Shown piece after piece: positions 26,241 through 39,934 of a DNA stretch of 64,000 nt (the first letter of the stretch is position 1; the number at the start of each line of letters is the position of its first letter). The translations under genes were made by a program, and so were the position numbers. Source of the stretch: the human T2T-CHM13v2.0 reference genome, Homo sapiens; the NCBI RefSeq assembly GCF_009914755.1, contig NC_060947.1. One strand, given 5' to 3'. Under the pieces are notes generated by a model that saw nothing but the letters and a program-made list of their open reading frames with translations, was not told the DNA's origin and made no database searches.

Positions 26241-27483
26241 TCTGCCCCTCCTCCTATTCTGCCTCTCAGTAGCTCTTACTGATCATAGTTCATTTTTCCC
26301 CCAGCCAGACTGAAACAGCTACAACCCTTGGCCACAGTCCCTGAAACGGTGCTAGACTCACTCACATTCTCATTGAGGGATTTCTAAATGGATGTACATT
26401 AGTGCCAGCAAGCCCCTACCCCAGAACTGAACACGTTCCTAAGAGCCAGTGTGCATGCTTGTGCAGGTGGCCTGCTGACTCCAGCCTGGCCGAGCCGGGA
26501 GGACAGACATTATTTGCAAAATATGTAAAAAGCTTCAAGAGAATCATTCTACTCCAGACCACTAGAGTAGGGCAAGCACTGAGGACTGGTGGCCAACAGG
26601 GATGTCTGAAGTACCGACATAAACACCCCCAAAAAGCCAAAGGTAAAATTACTTTGCTAGATGGAGAAGTACAAATTTGGATTTCAAGATGGTTTTAATT
26701 CCGGGCTCTGGGAGTTTTGGGGACTGAGTTGAGTGAAAGAGAGAGAGAAATGATTTAGAACCACAGAGTTTTTATGGGCGGTGGGGTCTCTTTCAGCCTG
26801 AGCAGACAGATTGAGAAATCTGTAAACAACCAAGGAGCAAGCCCAGAGATAGAGAGCATGGTCTAACAGGCAGAGGGATAATAGCACTCAAGTCAAGGGA
26901 GGCCCTGAGCCACAAGAAAATGATTCAGGGCATAACAGACTGAGCCTGGGTGCTTTATATCTGAACAAAAGCATTCCACGTACATGCAAAAGTGACTTCC
27001 GAAAAAGAACAGGTTTTTCTAACTGGCCCTTCTAGCCTATAAATTTTGTTTCAACTTTGGCCTCTGGGGCAACCCAAAGTCAAACACCCTTTCTTGTATA
27101 AGGCTACCCATGCCACTATCTGCTGCCCAGGGCATGCTTCAGACCTTTATCTTGAAGCCACATTGCCCTGTAAGAGCCCATCTTAGAAAGGCAGTGGGGG
27201 GCATTCAATATTAAGCAGAATATTGATGATTCTTGGCTGCCAACTGTCTGAAAGTGTGTTTTCTGTCAGCTCCAGCCAGTGTGTCATTCTGAAAAAGCAA
27301 AGAACGCCGAGGGCAGTGACTTCATGACCTTAGGCCATGGATGCTGGAAGAAATGCAGAGGTGGGCAGATAAATTTATCATCCTTAATGGGCTACCTAAT
27401 TCCTTGGGGAAAAAATGAAGGAGCCACCAGTGACATGCCCCAGGCAGCAGATGGCAGCGTGGGCAGCCTTTTACAAGGGAGGG

Positions 27484-28140
27484 TGTCTGAGTTTGGGTTG
27501 CCCCAGAAGCCGACCCCAAAACAAAGAAATGAATGCAAATAGTTTATTTGAGAAATGCAAGAAACACTGGTAGCGGAGTAGGAAAATGAGACAGGTAACG
27601 AAAGGGAGCCAGTCAAAGGTGCATTATCAAGTTGGCTGGCACGGTGGGCAACTGGAGTTTAATCCCACTGGGGAAACTAGGAACTAGAGAGACCAGTGCT
27701 TCTCAAGCTGTCTGGGGAAAGTACCAGGTTGTCTGCTGTTGTTATCAATCCATTATAAGTGGATACTTTTGTAAAAATACAATTAAAATGTCACAGCAAT
27801 GTCAAATTGCTATAAACGTTCGTAAACGCCAACTTTCCATTTGTGTATGTACCTTGAAATGTACAAGCAATAAACATTTCACAGCTTGTCAAGGGCCTGG
27901 AGACCACACTTCAAGTAGCACTGGTGGAGAACGCACAACCTTATCCAAGTTATCTCATTCATGGAGCTGGGCTGTTTATACACTAGCTTGCAATAGTCAT
28001 GTAATTCTTTCATGTGCACGGGCAGTGTGGTGGTCCACAGTTTCTAGAAAGCCATCAGGCAAAGAGACACACACACTGGCAGTTAGGAGTCAGCCTGAAC
28101 AGGCTGAGGGAACAGGGCGGGGCACCGACAGCATATAGAG
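27484..28140 (-). mobile_element. LTR33-like ERVL LTR interrupted by a hAT-Charlie MITE (27694-27923)
   Basis: tgtctgagtttgggttgccccagaagc...agtttatttgag. The MITE has TIR-like ends cagtgcttctcaa / tcaagtagcactg. Confidence 0.65.
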
Positions 28141-29560
28141 GCGCCCACCCTGTCGGTGTCCTTATCTTGCCCCTGTTAGCAACACTCTAGGACTTAAGAT
28201 GAGGGCAAGGCAGAGGCCAGATGAGTGTATCCTGAAAGCTGGGAGATCTGGAGCCCAAATTCAGGACTTCCCTATGGCTAGTTGTAAAAGGAGGGGGAAT
28301 ATTGGGTGGATTCTACTTTAGCTGCCTGGCCTAGCATCAGAATTCAGCTCTTATAAAAACAGCTAAGCCACTGTTAAAAGAAAACCAAAACCAAAACCAT
28401 CCCAGCACCCGGTCAGCATTGATAACAAACACAGAGGGGCTTTTTTGCCTGACCGCAGTGCAGGTTGTTGTTTGGTTTGCTCCTGCCTGGAGCTTGTGCT
28501 TCACAGGCTTCTTTTGCAGGCTTGTTTTCCAGGGGACCTGGCAGCTATTTCTGACTGTGCGATAAACTCATGGCCTGCAAGATGGAGGCAGGAGGTGACT
28601 GCAGTCTCGGTGAAGGGGATTAAGGGATTGAAAAGTTTATCTGGGCTGCCCAGCAGCCCTCGGGAAGACAGACCAGCCTGGTCTCTCTACAGTCACCATC
28701 ACTAGGGCTGACTGCCATTTTCAGGGCTCAAGAGAAGATGGGGATAAGAGTAATATTAAAATAATGACGATATCTGGAATGGACACCTTCAGACTCCACC
28801 TGGGCAGTGACTTTGGGCTGGGTCCTTTACATGCACTATTTCATGGTCCCAGGAACAGTTCTGAGGAGTGTGTTACAGTGACTAGAAGTGACATCACCCA
28901 TGTCACACTGCTTGGGTCTGGATGCCAGATCTCCCATCTCAGAGCTGAGTGATTTAATGTGCTTCAGTTTCCTCATCTGAGGTTCTACCTCTCTCCTTGA
29001 GTTGTTGCTGTATTAAATGTGCTAATCTCTGTGACATGCTTAGAGTAAGGTGAGGCATGGAGTTAGTATCCAGCACTCATGCAGTCCTCAGTCCCAGGCC
29101 CTGTGGGGAAGTGACCAGTAGCAGGTTGGCTGGGCCCCCTGCTGCTGAAACACAATTTTACTGCTGTCATGCTGATGGTAGCCAAAGAAAGGAATGTGAT
29201 TAAGACTTTCCATTTTCTGCTGTTGGCACTCTGTACTGCTACTCCTTCTAAGGCTACCTGGGAAATGTATGACTACAGCCTTGAAGGCCACTAGGGTTTT
29301 CACCTCAGGGAACAGACCCCTGGGTTGTGGTCATTTCCTTAACCTCCTTGAGTGATGTTTCTCCCCGACTGTCCTCACATGCAGTTAGCTGTATAGGGTG
29401 CCCAAGAGGATGATGGGGTGCAAACCACTCCCAGATTAGGTATGATAAAGGTTAAAAGGCTCACAAATCTGCCTTATCCAGTCCAGAATGACACAAAATC
29501 CAGGACTTTGTAATCATTTCCAGTTTCCTAATTAGTTCACCCTTCTTTCCAGCCATGATT

Positions 29561-29769
29561 CAGGTTGCCAGAGAAAATACAAGATGCCCAGGTAAATTTG
29601 GATTTCCAATAAACAATGATTTTTTAGTATAAATATGCCCAAACAACAATTTTTAGTGTAAGTATGCCCCCAATATTGCACAGAACTTACACTAAAAATG
29701 TATCTGTTGTTTATCTAAAATTCACATGTAAATGGGAGTCCTGTATTTATTTGTACATCTGGCAGCCCT
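29561..29769. mobile_element. MER53-like palindromic hAT MITE
   Basis: ggttgccagagaaaatacaagatgcccaggtaaatttg ... tcctgtatttatttgtacatctggcagccct (inverted ends). Confidence 0.78.
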
Positions 29770-29834
29770 TGTCCAAGGTCGCAGAAGCATCTCTCAGTAT
29801 CATCAGAAAAACCTGGTGTCCCCTTCTGCATCAG

Positions 29835-30680
29835 GTTAGGTATCTCATAAAGGACTTAGATGCAGGTGGTTTGACTGGGAGGTGATCCCAGGAAGCACAG
29901 CAAGGAATCAGGGAAGTGAGGCAGGGAAGTGAGGGAAGCAAATAAAAGAGGTGTTAATGAGGACATTACCCCTGTGGGCAGCTGGGGCTCAATCCCTCCA
30001 GAGAATCTTCCAGAAACCCAGTGCAACATGCCTTAGAATTGTCCCGTCTGGGGACAGGGAGACTGGGTATTTACCTACTGTATTAGTCCATCAGGCTGCC
30101 ATAACAAATACCAAAGAAATGGATGGGTTGAAAAACAGGTGTTTATTTCTCACAGTTCTGGGAGCTAGAAGTCCAAGAACAAGATGCCACAGATTCGGTT
30201 GTTAGTGAGAGCTCTCTTCCTGGCTTGCAGACAGCTGCAATCTCGCTGTGTCCTCACATGACAGAAAGAGAGAGAACTCTGTCTCATTTCTTCCTCTTCG
30301 TATAGGGATATTAGTACCATCATGGGGACCCCCATTCCCATGACCTCATCTAAATCTAATCATCTCTCAAAGACCCCACCTCCAAATACTATCACACTGG
30401 AGGTTAAGGCTTTGACATATAAATTTCAGAGGGACACAAACATTCAATCCACAACATCTACCAACTCTCATCCCCCATGTTTCAGGGTTGCCCTGGGGAC
30501 ATTAACTCCCCCTGTACCTCTGAGTTGCACTTGTGCTCAACTGAGCATGTCCAGGGCAGAGAAGCAGGGAGATGTGGTCACTGGAGCTGAAAGGCTGTTA
30601 GGGGACTGGAAACCATGAACCACAACTGGAGGTAAGCAGCCCAGCATCTGAGCCCAGAGAATCAACTGTGGGCCATCTAG
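29835..30680 (-). mobile_element. LTR33-like ERVL LTR split by MLT1A
   Basis: ggtttgactgggaggtgatcccaggaagcac...gtgggcagctggggctcaatcc. Resumes after 30461. Confidence 0.6.
30079..30456 (-). mobile_element. MLT1A/MLT1A0 solo LTR
   Basis: tgtattagtccatcaggctgccataacaaatacc...cattcaatccacaaca. TSD cctac/tctac. Confidence 0.88.
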
Positions 30681-30856
30681 AACACCTGCTTCATTTTCCT
30701 TCACCTCAGGCTGACCCCTCAATCATAGGAGGATAGAAGGGCTTGCCCAGTTGGCCTCCCACAGTTATTGCCAAGATCGGATGAGATTGTGTGAAAGAGT
30801 GTTACAAACTACAAGGCACTACAGAAATTGAAGGTAGAGTAAGCATTATTTAGTTA

Positions 30857-30988
30857 AGAAAGAAAAGGAGAAGAGGAAGCGAGGAGATGTGAGGAAAGGA
30901 AGAGAGGATGAAGGACGAGAAAGAAGAAGAGGAAGGGAGGAAGAAAGGAGGAAGAAAGGAAGGAAAGAGAAAGGAAAGGAGAGAAAAA
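30857..30988. repeat. GA-rich polypurine low-complexity tract
   Basis: Near-pure A/G run built from gaag/gaaa/ggaa units. Confidence 0.9.
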
Positions 30989-31039
30989 TACACTGGTCAC
31001 TAACAGCATAGATTATGACCCAAGAAAATTAATGTTATG

Positions 31040-32330
31040 TACTCAACAAATTGTTATCAGGCACATCACTGTTCCAGGCCTTCTTCTAGGTATTAAAAAT
31101 TCAGTTGTGAACCAACTGCCCCAATTTCTTGCCCTCACGGAGCCTACATTCTAGTGGGGGAGTAAAATATATAGCAAGGTTGTAAAGAGCTATGAATAGC
31201 AACAAATCAAGGAAGGTTGCTAGGGAGGGTTGAAGAGAGTAATAGGGTTGCAGCCTTTAATAGGTCTGGAAAGGTGTCACTAGAAGGTGACTTTGGGGTC
31301 AAGCCCTGAAGAAGAAGAAGGAGGAAAGGGCCAGGGCAAAGGCCCTCAGATAGATGTGTGCCTAGCCTGTTGGGGGAAGGGCAAGGAAGCAGTCATGACT
31401 AAGGCAGGGGGACAATGGGGAGGGTGGTAGGAAATGAAGTCACAGGGGCAATGGGGGAAGGGGAGATTGGGTAGGGCCATGTGTGCCACTGTGATGACTG
31501 GCTTTCCTTCGGATGAGCTGGGGGCCATTGGAAGGTAGTGAGCTGTGGAGGGACACGGTCTGACTCATGTTCTACAAGGAGCATTTTAAGCCCAGAATGG
31601 TGGCTTGTGCTTGTAGTCACAGCTTCTCTAGAGGCTGAGGCAGGAGGATCACTTGAGGCCAAGGTTCAAGACCAGCCTGGGCAACAAAAGTAAGACCCCT
31701 GTCTCTGAAAAAAATATATAATAATAAGGGAGCACTTTAGCTGTCGTGTTAAGAACAAGCTGTTAGGGCAGTCACTCAAGAGGCTGCCTCAGTGATCCAG
31801 GCTTGAGAGGGTGAGGCGGGACTAGAGAGGGTGGCAAGTGGCGAGGTTCTGCATCTCTGTTTTAAAGTGCTGCCAGTGGGATTTACTGCAAGAATGGGCA
31901 AAAGGAAAAACTGAAGGATGAATGTAAGGTTTTGGACCTGAGCGACTGGAAGAATGGAGCTGCCAAAACTGAGACTCCAAAGACCAGGAAGAATGGGCTC
32001 AAGCAAGGAGATAATGGGAACTTGGCTGAGTCTGAGATGCTATTTGGTGTGGAGGTGAAATGCTGAGTAGCAATCGGGAAGGCATGCACTGTGGATAGGA
32101 ACCAGGGAGTTCTGAGTGCATAGATACCATTCAACACCACATGACTGAATGGGGCCACTTTAGGGGAGGGAATAGAGGGAGATGAGAAAAAGACATGCCC
32201 AGGAGTCCTGGGACACTGTGAGTGTGAGAGGTCGAGGAGGTGAAAAGCAAATGAGACAAGGAGGCTGGGAAGGTGTGGCCAAAGGGATGAGCAAAACCAA
32301 GACAGGATGATGTTCTGGGAGCCAGGTAAA
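31040..32330 (-). mobile_element. L2 (L2a-like) ~1.3 kb
   Basis: ttgccctcacggagcctacattctagtgggg...gccattggaaggt...aaggttttggacctgagcgactggaagaatggagctgcc. Confidence 0.85.
31589..31725 (+). mobile_element. Alu monomer (FLAM-like) inserted in L2
   Basis: Single left-arm-like unit gaggctgaggcaggaggatcacttgaggccaaggttcaagaccagcctgggcaac with an A-rich tail. Imperfect TSD ggagcatttta / ggagcacttta. Confidence 0.85.
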
Positions 32331-32344
32331 GAATGGTGTGGCTT

Positions 32345-33116
<772 letters not shown>

Positions 33117-33774
33117 AAAGAATGATGTGGCTTTAGAATTAAGGCATTGTGGGCTACAGGGATAACACCACCACAAAATTTCCCCTAACAATAACAACAA
33201 AAATCCTTCCAGGGAGGGTGAAGTCCTCGGGGGTCTTTCCACCTGGCTCAGTGCTTCCCTTGCCTCCCCTTATAGACAAAGCTGCACTTAGCCCCCCAGT
33301 TGCCTGCTCCCTGTTTCTTGGAACATCCTTCTGCTTGAGCTCCTGTCCTTGTCTAGACCTGGCTTCTGTGCTCCCCTCTTGTATCATACATATCTCCTGG
33401 CATCTGGCCGGGTCCTCATCCAAACATCCGCAGAGCCCCAGAATGCATATGCATGTCCCAACTCCACTCCGGTTCCCACCCAGCCTCCAGTTCTCGATCT
33501 ACCAGCCACCCCTCTCAAACCAGCACCTGCCCAGATTTGTACCTGCACCCTGCCTCAAATCACCAGTCTGTGCTCCACAGCACCCCCTTCTGGCACAAGA
33601 CTTGTTTGTAATTTGTCCACTTTTGGCCAACAGTTTCCATCCATGTATATAGCAAGCACCATTCTTCTGGAAGCTTTTAAGCAAGCACACCTTCTTTTCT
33701 CACACTTGGCTAACCTCAAAGAAACCTAAGATTAAAAAAACCTGGTATGCAGAGCCCACTTGATTGTGGAGAGG

Positions 33775-33858
33775 CACAGACACACACACACATACATACA
33801 CACACACATACATACACACACACACACACCCCATCACCACCACCATCACCACCATCAT
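33775..33858. repeat. Compound (CA/CATA)n + (CAC/CAT)n microsatellite
   Basis: Read directly from the sequence. Confidence 0.9.
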
Positions 33859-34644
33859 CTTTTGCAACCACATCCATTGCTAAGCCACTCGGTGGCCAAT
33901 AGCAATTGGGAATCATGACTGAAGAGGCCAAAATTGCACATCTCTTTTCTTCTTCCCACTCTTGCAGCAAGGGCCCTTAAAAACCGATTAGAACATCCTC
34001 CCTTCGTACCGAGTAAATAAATGCTGGCCTCTGAGGAGAGAGTGGGGAAGGGAGGCTGTGAGGCGTTGGGTGGGTTTTTCCCTCGCCACAGCAACCTCTT
34101 CACTCATCGGAGGCTGGCTCAGAGATTTTAGAGGGAGGCAGCGCCGTAACTCATGAGATTAAAACATGCCCACTTCTCCTCAGACATGTATTCTATATGA
34201 AAATGTGGTTTATGGGCAACAGGTCCACAAATCTAAAGCCCAAGCAATTCTACCTATGACCATCAGTCATGGAAGTTACACTCACGGGGAATGAAAATTT
34301 ACACGACCACTGTTAGCCCATAACCAGCGACAGAGCGTCCTCCCCTGCGAGGAGCCAGGTCTCCCTGACAACAACTATCCGCCCCGTTTTTACTGGCTGG
34401 TACCCAGTCTAGTGGCAATGACTCTCAAATGTGAGTATTTATCATGAGATCCTCTCAAGGCCCATCTCCTCTCGTCTGCAGAGAGGAAAATATATTAGGA
34501 ATCAGGAAAAAAGGGGTCGATTTCCATCTCTTCCCCTTACCGCCCATGCAAACCTCAGCCGTTCATCCTCTCCATCTCAGTTTCCGCCTCTGCTGTCCTG
34601 AGAACCTCAAGTGTAACAGTTGTTATAAGGATGATCTTAATTCA

Positions 34645-34890
34645 GCATAGCACAGTTGGAAAGCTCTTAGGCTCCAGAGTCAGACTACCTTTCAAATTCT
34701 GACTCTATCTCTCACTGTGCAACTTTGGGCAAGTTACTTAACTTCTCTGTCTGGATTTCCTCCTCTGTAAAAGGAGATAATAACAATACCTTCCTCATTG
34801 TAGTATTTCCTATTATGAGAATTAAAAGAGTTAATATTTGTATAGGGCTTAGAACAGGGCCTGGCAAGTGGAAAATGCTAAATAAGTGTC
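34645..34890 (+). mobile_element. MIR (near full length)
   Basis: ctccagagtcagactacc...ttgggcaagttacttaacttctctg...gagaattaaaagagttaata...cttagaacagggcctggca. Confidence 0.88.
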
Positions 34891-34897
34891 ACATCAA

Positions 34898-37050
34898 ATT
34901 CATTCACTCAACCAACATTTATTGAACACTGTATTAGTTTCCCAGGACTGCTGTAGCAAAGTAGCATGCACTGGTGACTTACAACAACTAAAATGTTTTG
35001 TCTTACGGTTCTGGAGGCTGGAAATCTGAGATCAAGGTGTTGCTAGGGTTGGTTTCTTCTGAAGGCTGTGAGGAGAATCTGTTCCCTGCCTCTCACCCAG
35101 CTTCTGGTGGTCATTGGTGATCTTTGGTGTTTCTTAGTTCATAGAAGCATCACCCAGATCTCTGCCTTCATGTTCATATGGTGTTCTCCCTGTGTGCATG
35201 CCTCTGTGTCCAAATTTCCCCTGTTGTAAGGACACTGGTCATATTGGATTAGGGCCCACCCTAATGACCTCATCTGAACACGATGACATCTGCAAATACC
35301 CTATTTCCAAACAACATCCCATTCTGAGGCACTGGGAGTTGGGACTTCAGCACACCTTCTCTGGGAGGACACAATTCAACCCATAACAAATACCCACTAA
35401 GGATCAAGTATTCTGCAGGGCACTGAGAATACAAACATTAATAAAACATGGTCCTAGCCCTAAGGAGTTCACATTTGAATGTGGAAAACAGATTTTCATG
35501 CATTAACTCATTAAGTATTGTATCAGGGAAATATACAAATACAAGGACAAAAGGAACAGGAGTGGTGGCACCGGAAGAAAGATTTCAGTATGTGTGTGCT
35601 GGGCCTTCAAGGGTGAGCTGTATTGACATTCTCCAAAGGAAAACACACAATCAGAGATGCAGGAGTCTGAAAGCACATGGCATTTTCTGGGAACTCGAGT
35701 TCTTGATATGGCTATAGTGTCAGATGAGACTCATGAAAGATAAATCCAGAAACATTGTTAAGATCAGATTCCAAAAGGCCTTGTCTTCCAGGTTAAGGAG
35801 GTTTCACTTTATCCTATAAGTACTTGTCTTAGGTCAAGATCCCCAGAAGCAGAAAAGGATTCCTGTGAAAATGATTTATTAGGAAGTATTACCTTGAAAT
35901 GCCAAGAAAGAAGTAGGGAAGGGTCAAAAGCCAAGCCAACAGACTGTACTAAGCAAAGTCTCATGGAGGGCAACTTCTGCTCAATCCTACAAGGGTACTC
36001 TGGAGACACTATAGGTCATATCTCAGAGTTGTCTAGATTGGAAGAGGAGGTGGGAAGACTTATAGCCTCTCACCCAGTAATCACTGGTTCAGAGCAGCCC
36101 CCAGGCACTTTGAGCTGCCCACAGTAGCCCACAATGCAAGTGGCATGGCTCTGGCAGCCTGAGGGAAGTCCCTCAACAGAGAGACACTGGCTTCCAGGAG
36201 TGGAGGCACACTGGGAGCCAATGTCCATAAAAATAGCAAAAAGACTGCAGAGTGAGACAAGAGCCTCTGCTACTGTTGCAGAGTCATTAAAATGTTTTAA
36301 TGAAGGAATTAAGTGATCTGATCTCTATGTCAGAAATCTAACTGATAATGGTGTTAAAAATGGAATGGCAAGAAAACAGGCTGGTTGCAAGGAGAGCACT
36401 TAGGAAGCCATGACAATGGTCCAAGCCTACTGGGGACCCTAAAAAAGGTGAGGGGAAGGAGGAGAGGGGCATCAGAGAGATATTTATGGCTAGGACTTGA
36501 TGACTGTTGGCTCTGAGGGAGAGATAACTAGCTTCTGTGTCTAAAAAGATAACGGATATAACACAGGTTTACTGAAGAAGTGGGGAAGATGGTTTGGGAT
36601 ATGTCAAATGCCTACAGCATACCCAGCTGGCAGAAATACGGGCCTCGACATCAGGAGAGAAGCTACAGTGGGAGCTATAAATTCAGAAGACTTTGGTGTG
36701 GAGGTGGTAGATGACAATAGGAACCAGAAAGAAAGGGTGGAGTCAGAAAAAAAGATCAAAAAGGAACACTAGAGAATGTCAACCGTTGAGAGATGAGTGA
36801 GGGAAAGAGATGGAGAAAGAGCCATAGACAGGTTCAGGACTAGGAGAGGTGTGTAAGCAAGAGGCAAAGGAGGACACTGCAAGAAAAAAAAAGTGGTCAA
36901 TGGCATTTGATGATGCACAGATGTCAAAAGAGGGTCAGGAATGAGCAAAAGTCATTAGTTTTGACTATTACGAAAGCATTTGTGACCTTCACAGGAACCG
37001 TGATAGAGGAGAAAACCACACTGTTATAGGCTGAAAAGGAAATAAAAGAA
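34898..37050 (-). mobile_element. Fragmented L2 carrying nested MLT1C and an ERVL LTR (~35825-36272)
   Basis: attcattcactcaaccaacatttattgaacac resumes after 35393. L2-like purine-rich sequence continues to ~37050. Confidence 0.68.
34930..35388 (-). mobile_element. MLT1C-like solo LTR
   Basis: tgtattagtttcccaggactgctgtagcaaagta...cacaattcaacccataaca. TSD aacac/aatac. Confidence 0.88.
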
Positions 37051-37071
37051 ATTGAGGTAACAATATATTAC

Positions 37072-37263
37072 CATGCTACCAAAAGCAGGGTCCACAGACC
37101 AGCAGTAGCTATTGGTATCATATGGGAAGCTCGTTAGAAACACAAATTCTCAAGCCTCACCTCAGATCTACTGAATTAGAAATTCTGAGGCCGAAATCCA
37201 GGAATCTGTTTTTAACAAGGCCTACAGGTGATTCTGATGAATGCTAAAGTTTGAGAACCACTG
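37072..37263. mobile_element. MER5A
   Basis: ttagaaacacaaattctcaagcc...ctactgaattagaaattctg...ctaaagtttgagaaccactg. Confidence 0.85.
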
Positions 37264-37734
37264 ATATATACAACTTTAAAGAAGTTTGACTGTGAACAGA
37301 AAACAATGTGACAGCTACTTACAGAGGAGGCAGTGCCCAGTTCAGATGGAAAATTGGTCAATACTTCACAAATAGAAGGAGGTATTGGAAAAGCATACAG
37401 GTAGCCACTGGTTTTGTAATTAACAAGAATAGACGATCTATAGGTAATCCATGAGCAAACTGCAAAACAGGTGCCCAGGGGAAATGTGACATTTGTTTCT
37501 TTTGGAGCACAAAGTTGTCATCTGGATCATAATTTTCACCTAGATCTCTCACAGCATTTTACAGAGTAGTGACTGATTATGACTACGTGTAAATGTAAAA
37601 CCAACCATCAAACAGGTCATGAGAAACCACTGAACCTCTGTGTCTTTAGAGGCAGATAAGTTGAGAGTCTAAAGTGGGTGTGTTGTGTCAAATCTTGCCA
37701 TAGAATCCAAACTTCTAATTCCTAATGTCCAGCT

Positions 37735-38281
37735 TCATCCTAGTTTTCTATTGCTGTGACACCAGACACCCCAAACCTAATGGCATAAAACTGCTACAAT
37801 CAGTTATCATTTTCTCCTATGGTTCTGGGATTGGCTGGGCTCAGCTAGGCGACTCTCCCTGTGGTTTCAGGCAGACAGTGGCTGATACTGGAATCATATC
37901 AAAAGCATAATCATTTGCATGTCTGGCTGTGGATGCTGGCTGTTAACTGGGACTTGTTGGGGGCTGTTGTCAGGAATCTCTCCACACATCTCTATATCGT
38001 CTGGGCTTCCTCACAGCAAGGCAACTGGGCTCCAGAGATCATGTCCTGAGAGAGAGAGTGATCTAGGCAAAAGTTGCATTGCCTTTTCTGACCTAGCCTT
38101 GGAAGTCACGGAACATCACTTCTGCTGTACTCCATTCGTAGAGGCAGCCATAAGTCCTGCCCTGGTCCAAAAGGAGGGGACACAGACTCCATATTTGCAT
38201 GGGAGTGAGACCATTTTCCAGAGGAGCATATAGGACAGAAACTATTGTTTCAGCTGTTTGTGCAAAATACAATCTGCCACA
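37735..38281 (-). mobile_element. MLT1F/G/H-like LTR
   Basis: ttttctattgctgtga...ggctgggctcagct...ctagccttggaagtcac...aaaatacaatctgccaca. Confidence 0.8.
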
Positions 38282-38685
38282 GGAAATAAATCCTCAGTGG
38301 TCAGCCCAGTTATGACCTTGCTCACTCTGGCAGGTAAGCTCTAGTCCATCTCTAATTACCCATGACCAGGCTGATTTGTCATTCCTGTGACCTTCCTTCA
38401 GAGGAGAGGCAAATCCTCAGAAGAACTCCGTGGCCAGAATACTGCCCTGGGTCCAGGGCAACTCTGAAACCACCCCTCACCATGACAGTCCCTTCCTCCC
38501 CAACGAGTGAAGCATGGGAAGGGTGTGGTTGCTGGAGGGACAAAAGGAATTGATCAACAGCCGGAATTACATCACCCCCTCTCTTTGTTCATTTTTCATT
38601 AATGTTGTTCTTTTTCCTGTGTTAAATTTCTCTCCTTCCTTACTCTCCCCTAGGACCTCCCCCTTAGAGATGGGGTTGGGGGGTT

Positions 38686-38900
38686 TGATTGATTGGTGCT
38701 GAAAGCAGGGAGGTTGCAAGTAGAGAGAGATCACCTTACCCCGGAGATAGTTTCCATGGCAACAGGGACAGGTCGGTGGGAGGGGCGGGCAGATAAGGGC
38801 CCCACTTTGGGGTTCAGTGCGCGGTGGAGGTGAAGGCTGCAGTGTTTACAGTAGAGAGACAGAAAACCAGCCTGTGCAGCTGGGTTAGGAAGTGGAAACA
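38686..38900. promoter_or_regulatory. Candidate cis-regulatory element with a perfect RFX X-box
   Basis: GTTTCCATGGCAAC at 38750-38763, with adjacent CCAAT(rev), GC-box, GATA, FOX and ETS motifs. Confidence 0.55.
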
Positions 38901-39934
38901 TTCTTCGAGGCAGCTTTGAGGCTGGCCTTCGCTGACCTCTCACCCTCCACTCTCCCCTCCTCCATGATGCAGCAACCTCAGCACAGCTTCTGCCTGCCGG
39001 CCTGCCACCCTTCATCCTGACTAGTAGCCCTTCTGGTCATTATTTCCTCTAGGAAAAGCTCTCATCTTCCTCCTTCTCCTCCTCCTTCCTCCCTCTGCTT
39101 CCCCTTCTCTAGCTCAATCTTGACTTCTAACCCAGAGAATCAGCAAGCCAACTTCTCATCCCTCCAGGTCAAGGTGAGGGAGCCAGCCCAGCTCCCTGCT
39201 TCAGCCCGGGTGGGGGTGTCTCCAGGCCAACCCTCCCACTTCTCCACAACAGCTTTCACCTGGCATCATGCCTCGGGGGCCACAGGTCACCACGAAAGAA
39301 TCCCCAGGGAATCACTGAAGACCATTAATTAGCCCAGAATACACAGGAGGCCCCTGAGCAGTGACCACCCAGGCATCAAACACTTTCCTGTGTGCCCGCC
39401 CACGCCTAGCCCTTCAACGTGACCAGACCCGGCATGTTCAGAGCAAGGGGTTGCTCAGCTGAGGGGTTCCTCCTGAAAGCAGAGAGGTATTTTCATCCTT
39501 TTGCTTTGGAGTGACTCCTGCTTTCCCAAGGATGGATCCAGAAATTGATTCTCTCTCCTTTCCCCCCACCACCTTCCCTCCCCTATCCCTTAAGTCACTG
39601 CTGCTATGGCCCCACACTTGAGAGCCACAACATACTTCGGTGCTCTCCGCTAGTTTTGTTGTTGTTGTTTTCACTGATTTTCTTAAGTGTCAGGGAGCGA
39701 CAGAAATCTTTGGGGCTGGCTCATCCCAAAGCAAATGCTCCTCCAGTTCCCTTAAGGAGGATGCAGAGAGGGGAATGGGACTGTGGGGGACCTGGGCCTC
39801 AACAGGCAAACCCTCCAACTCACCCCTGGACTGGGGGCCCTCAAGGGCAGGATCTAGGTGTTGTTTCTTGCTAGATCTTAAAGGACTCTTCAGTGCTTAC
39901 ACATGAGGGGACTTAAAAACATATGTTGACCATC

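Noticed and set aside
27632-28138. 168-aa ORF
   Set aside because: It runs across an LTR33-like element and a nested MITE, so it is a chance frame.
29561-29769. Large imperfect inverted repeat
   Set aside because: It is explained by the palindromic MER53-type MITE structure.
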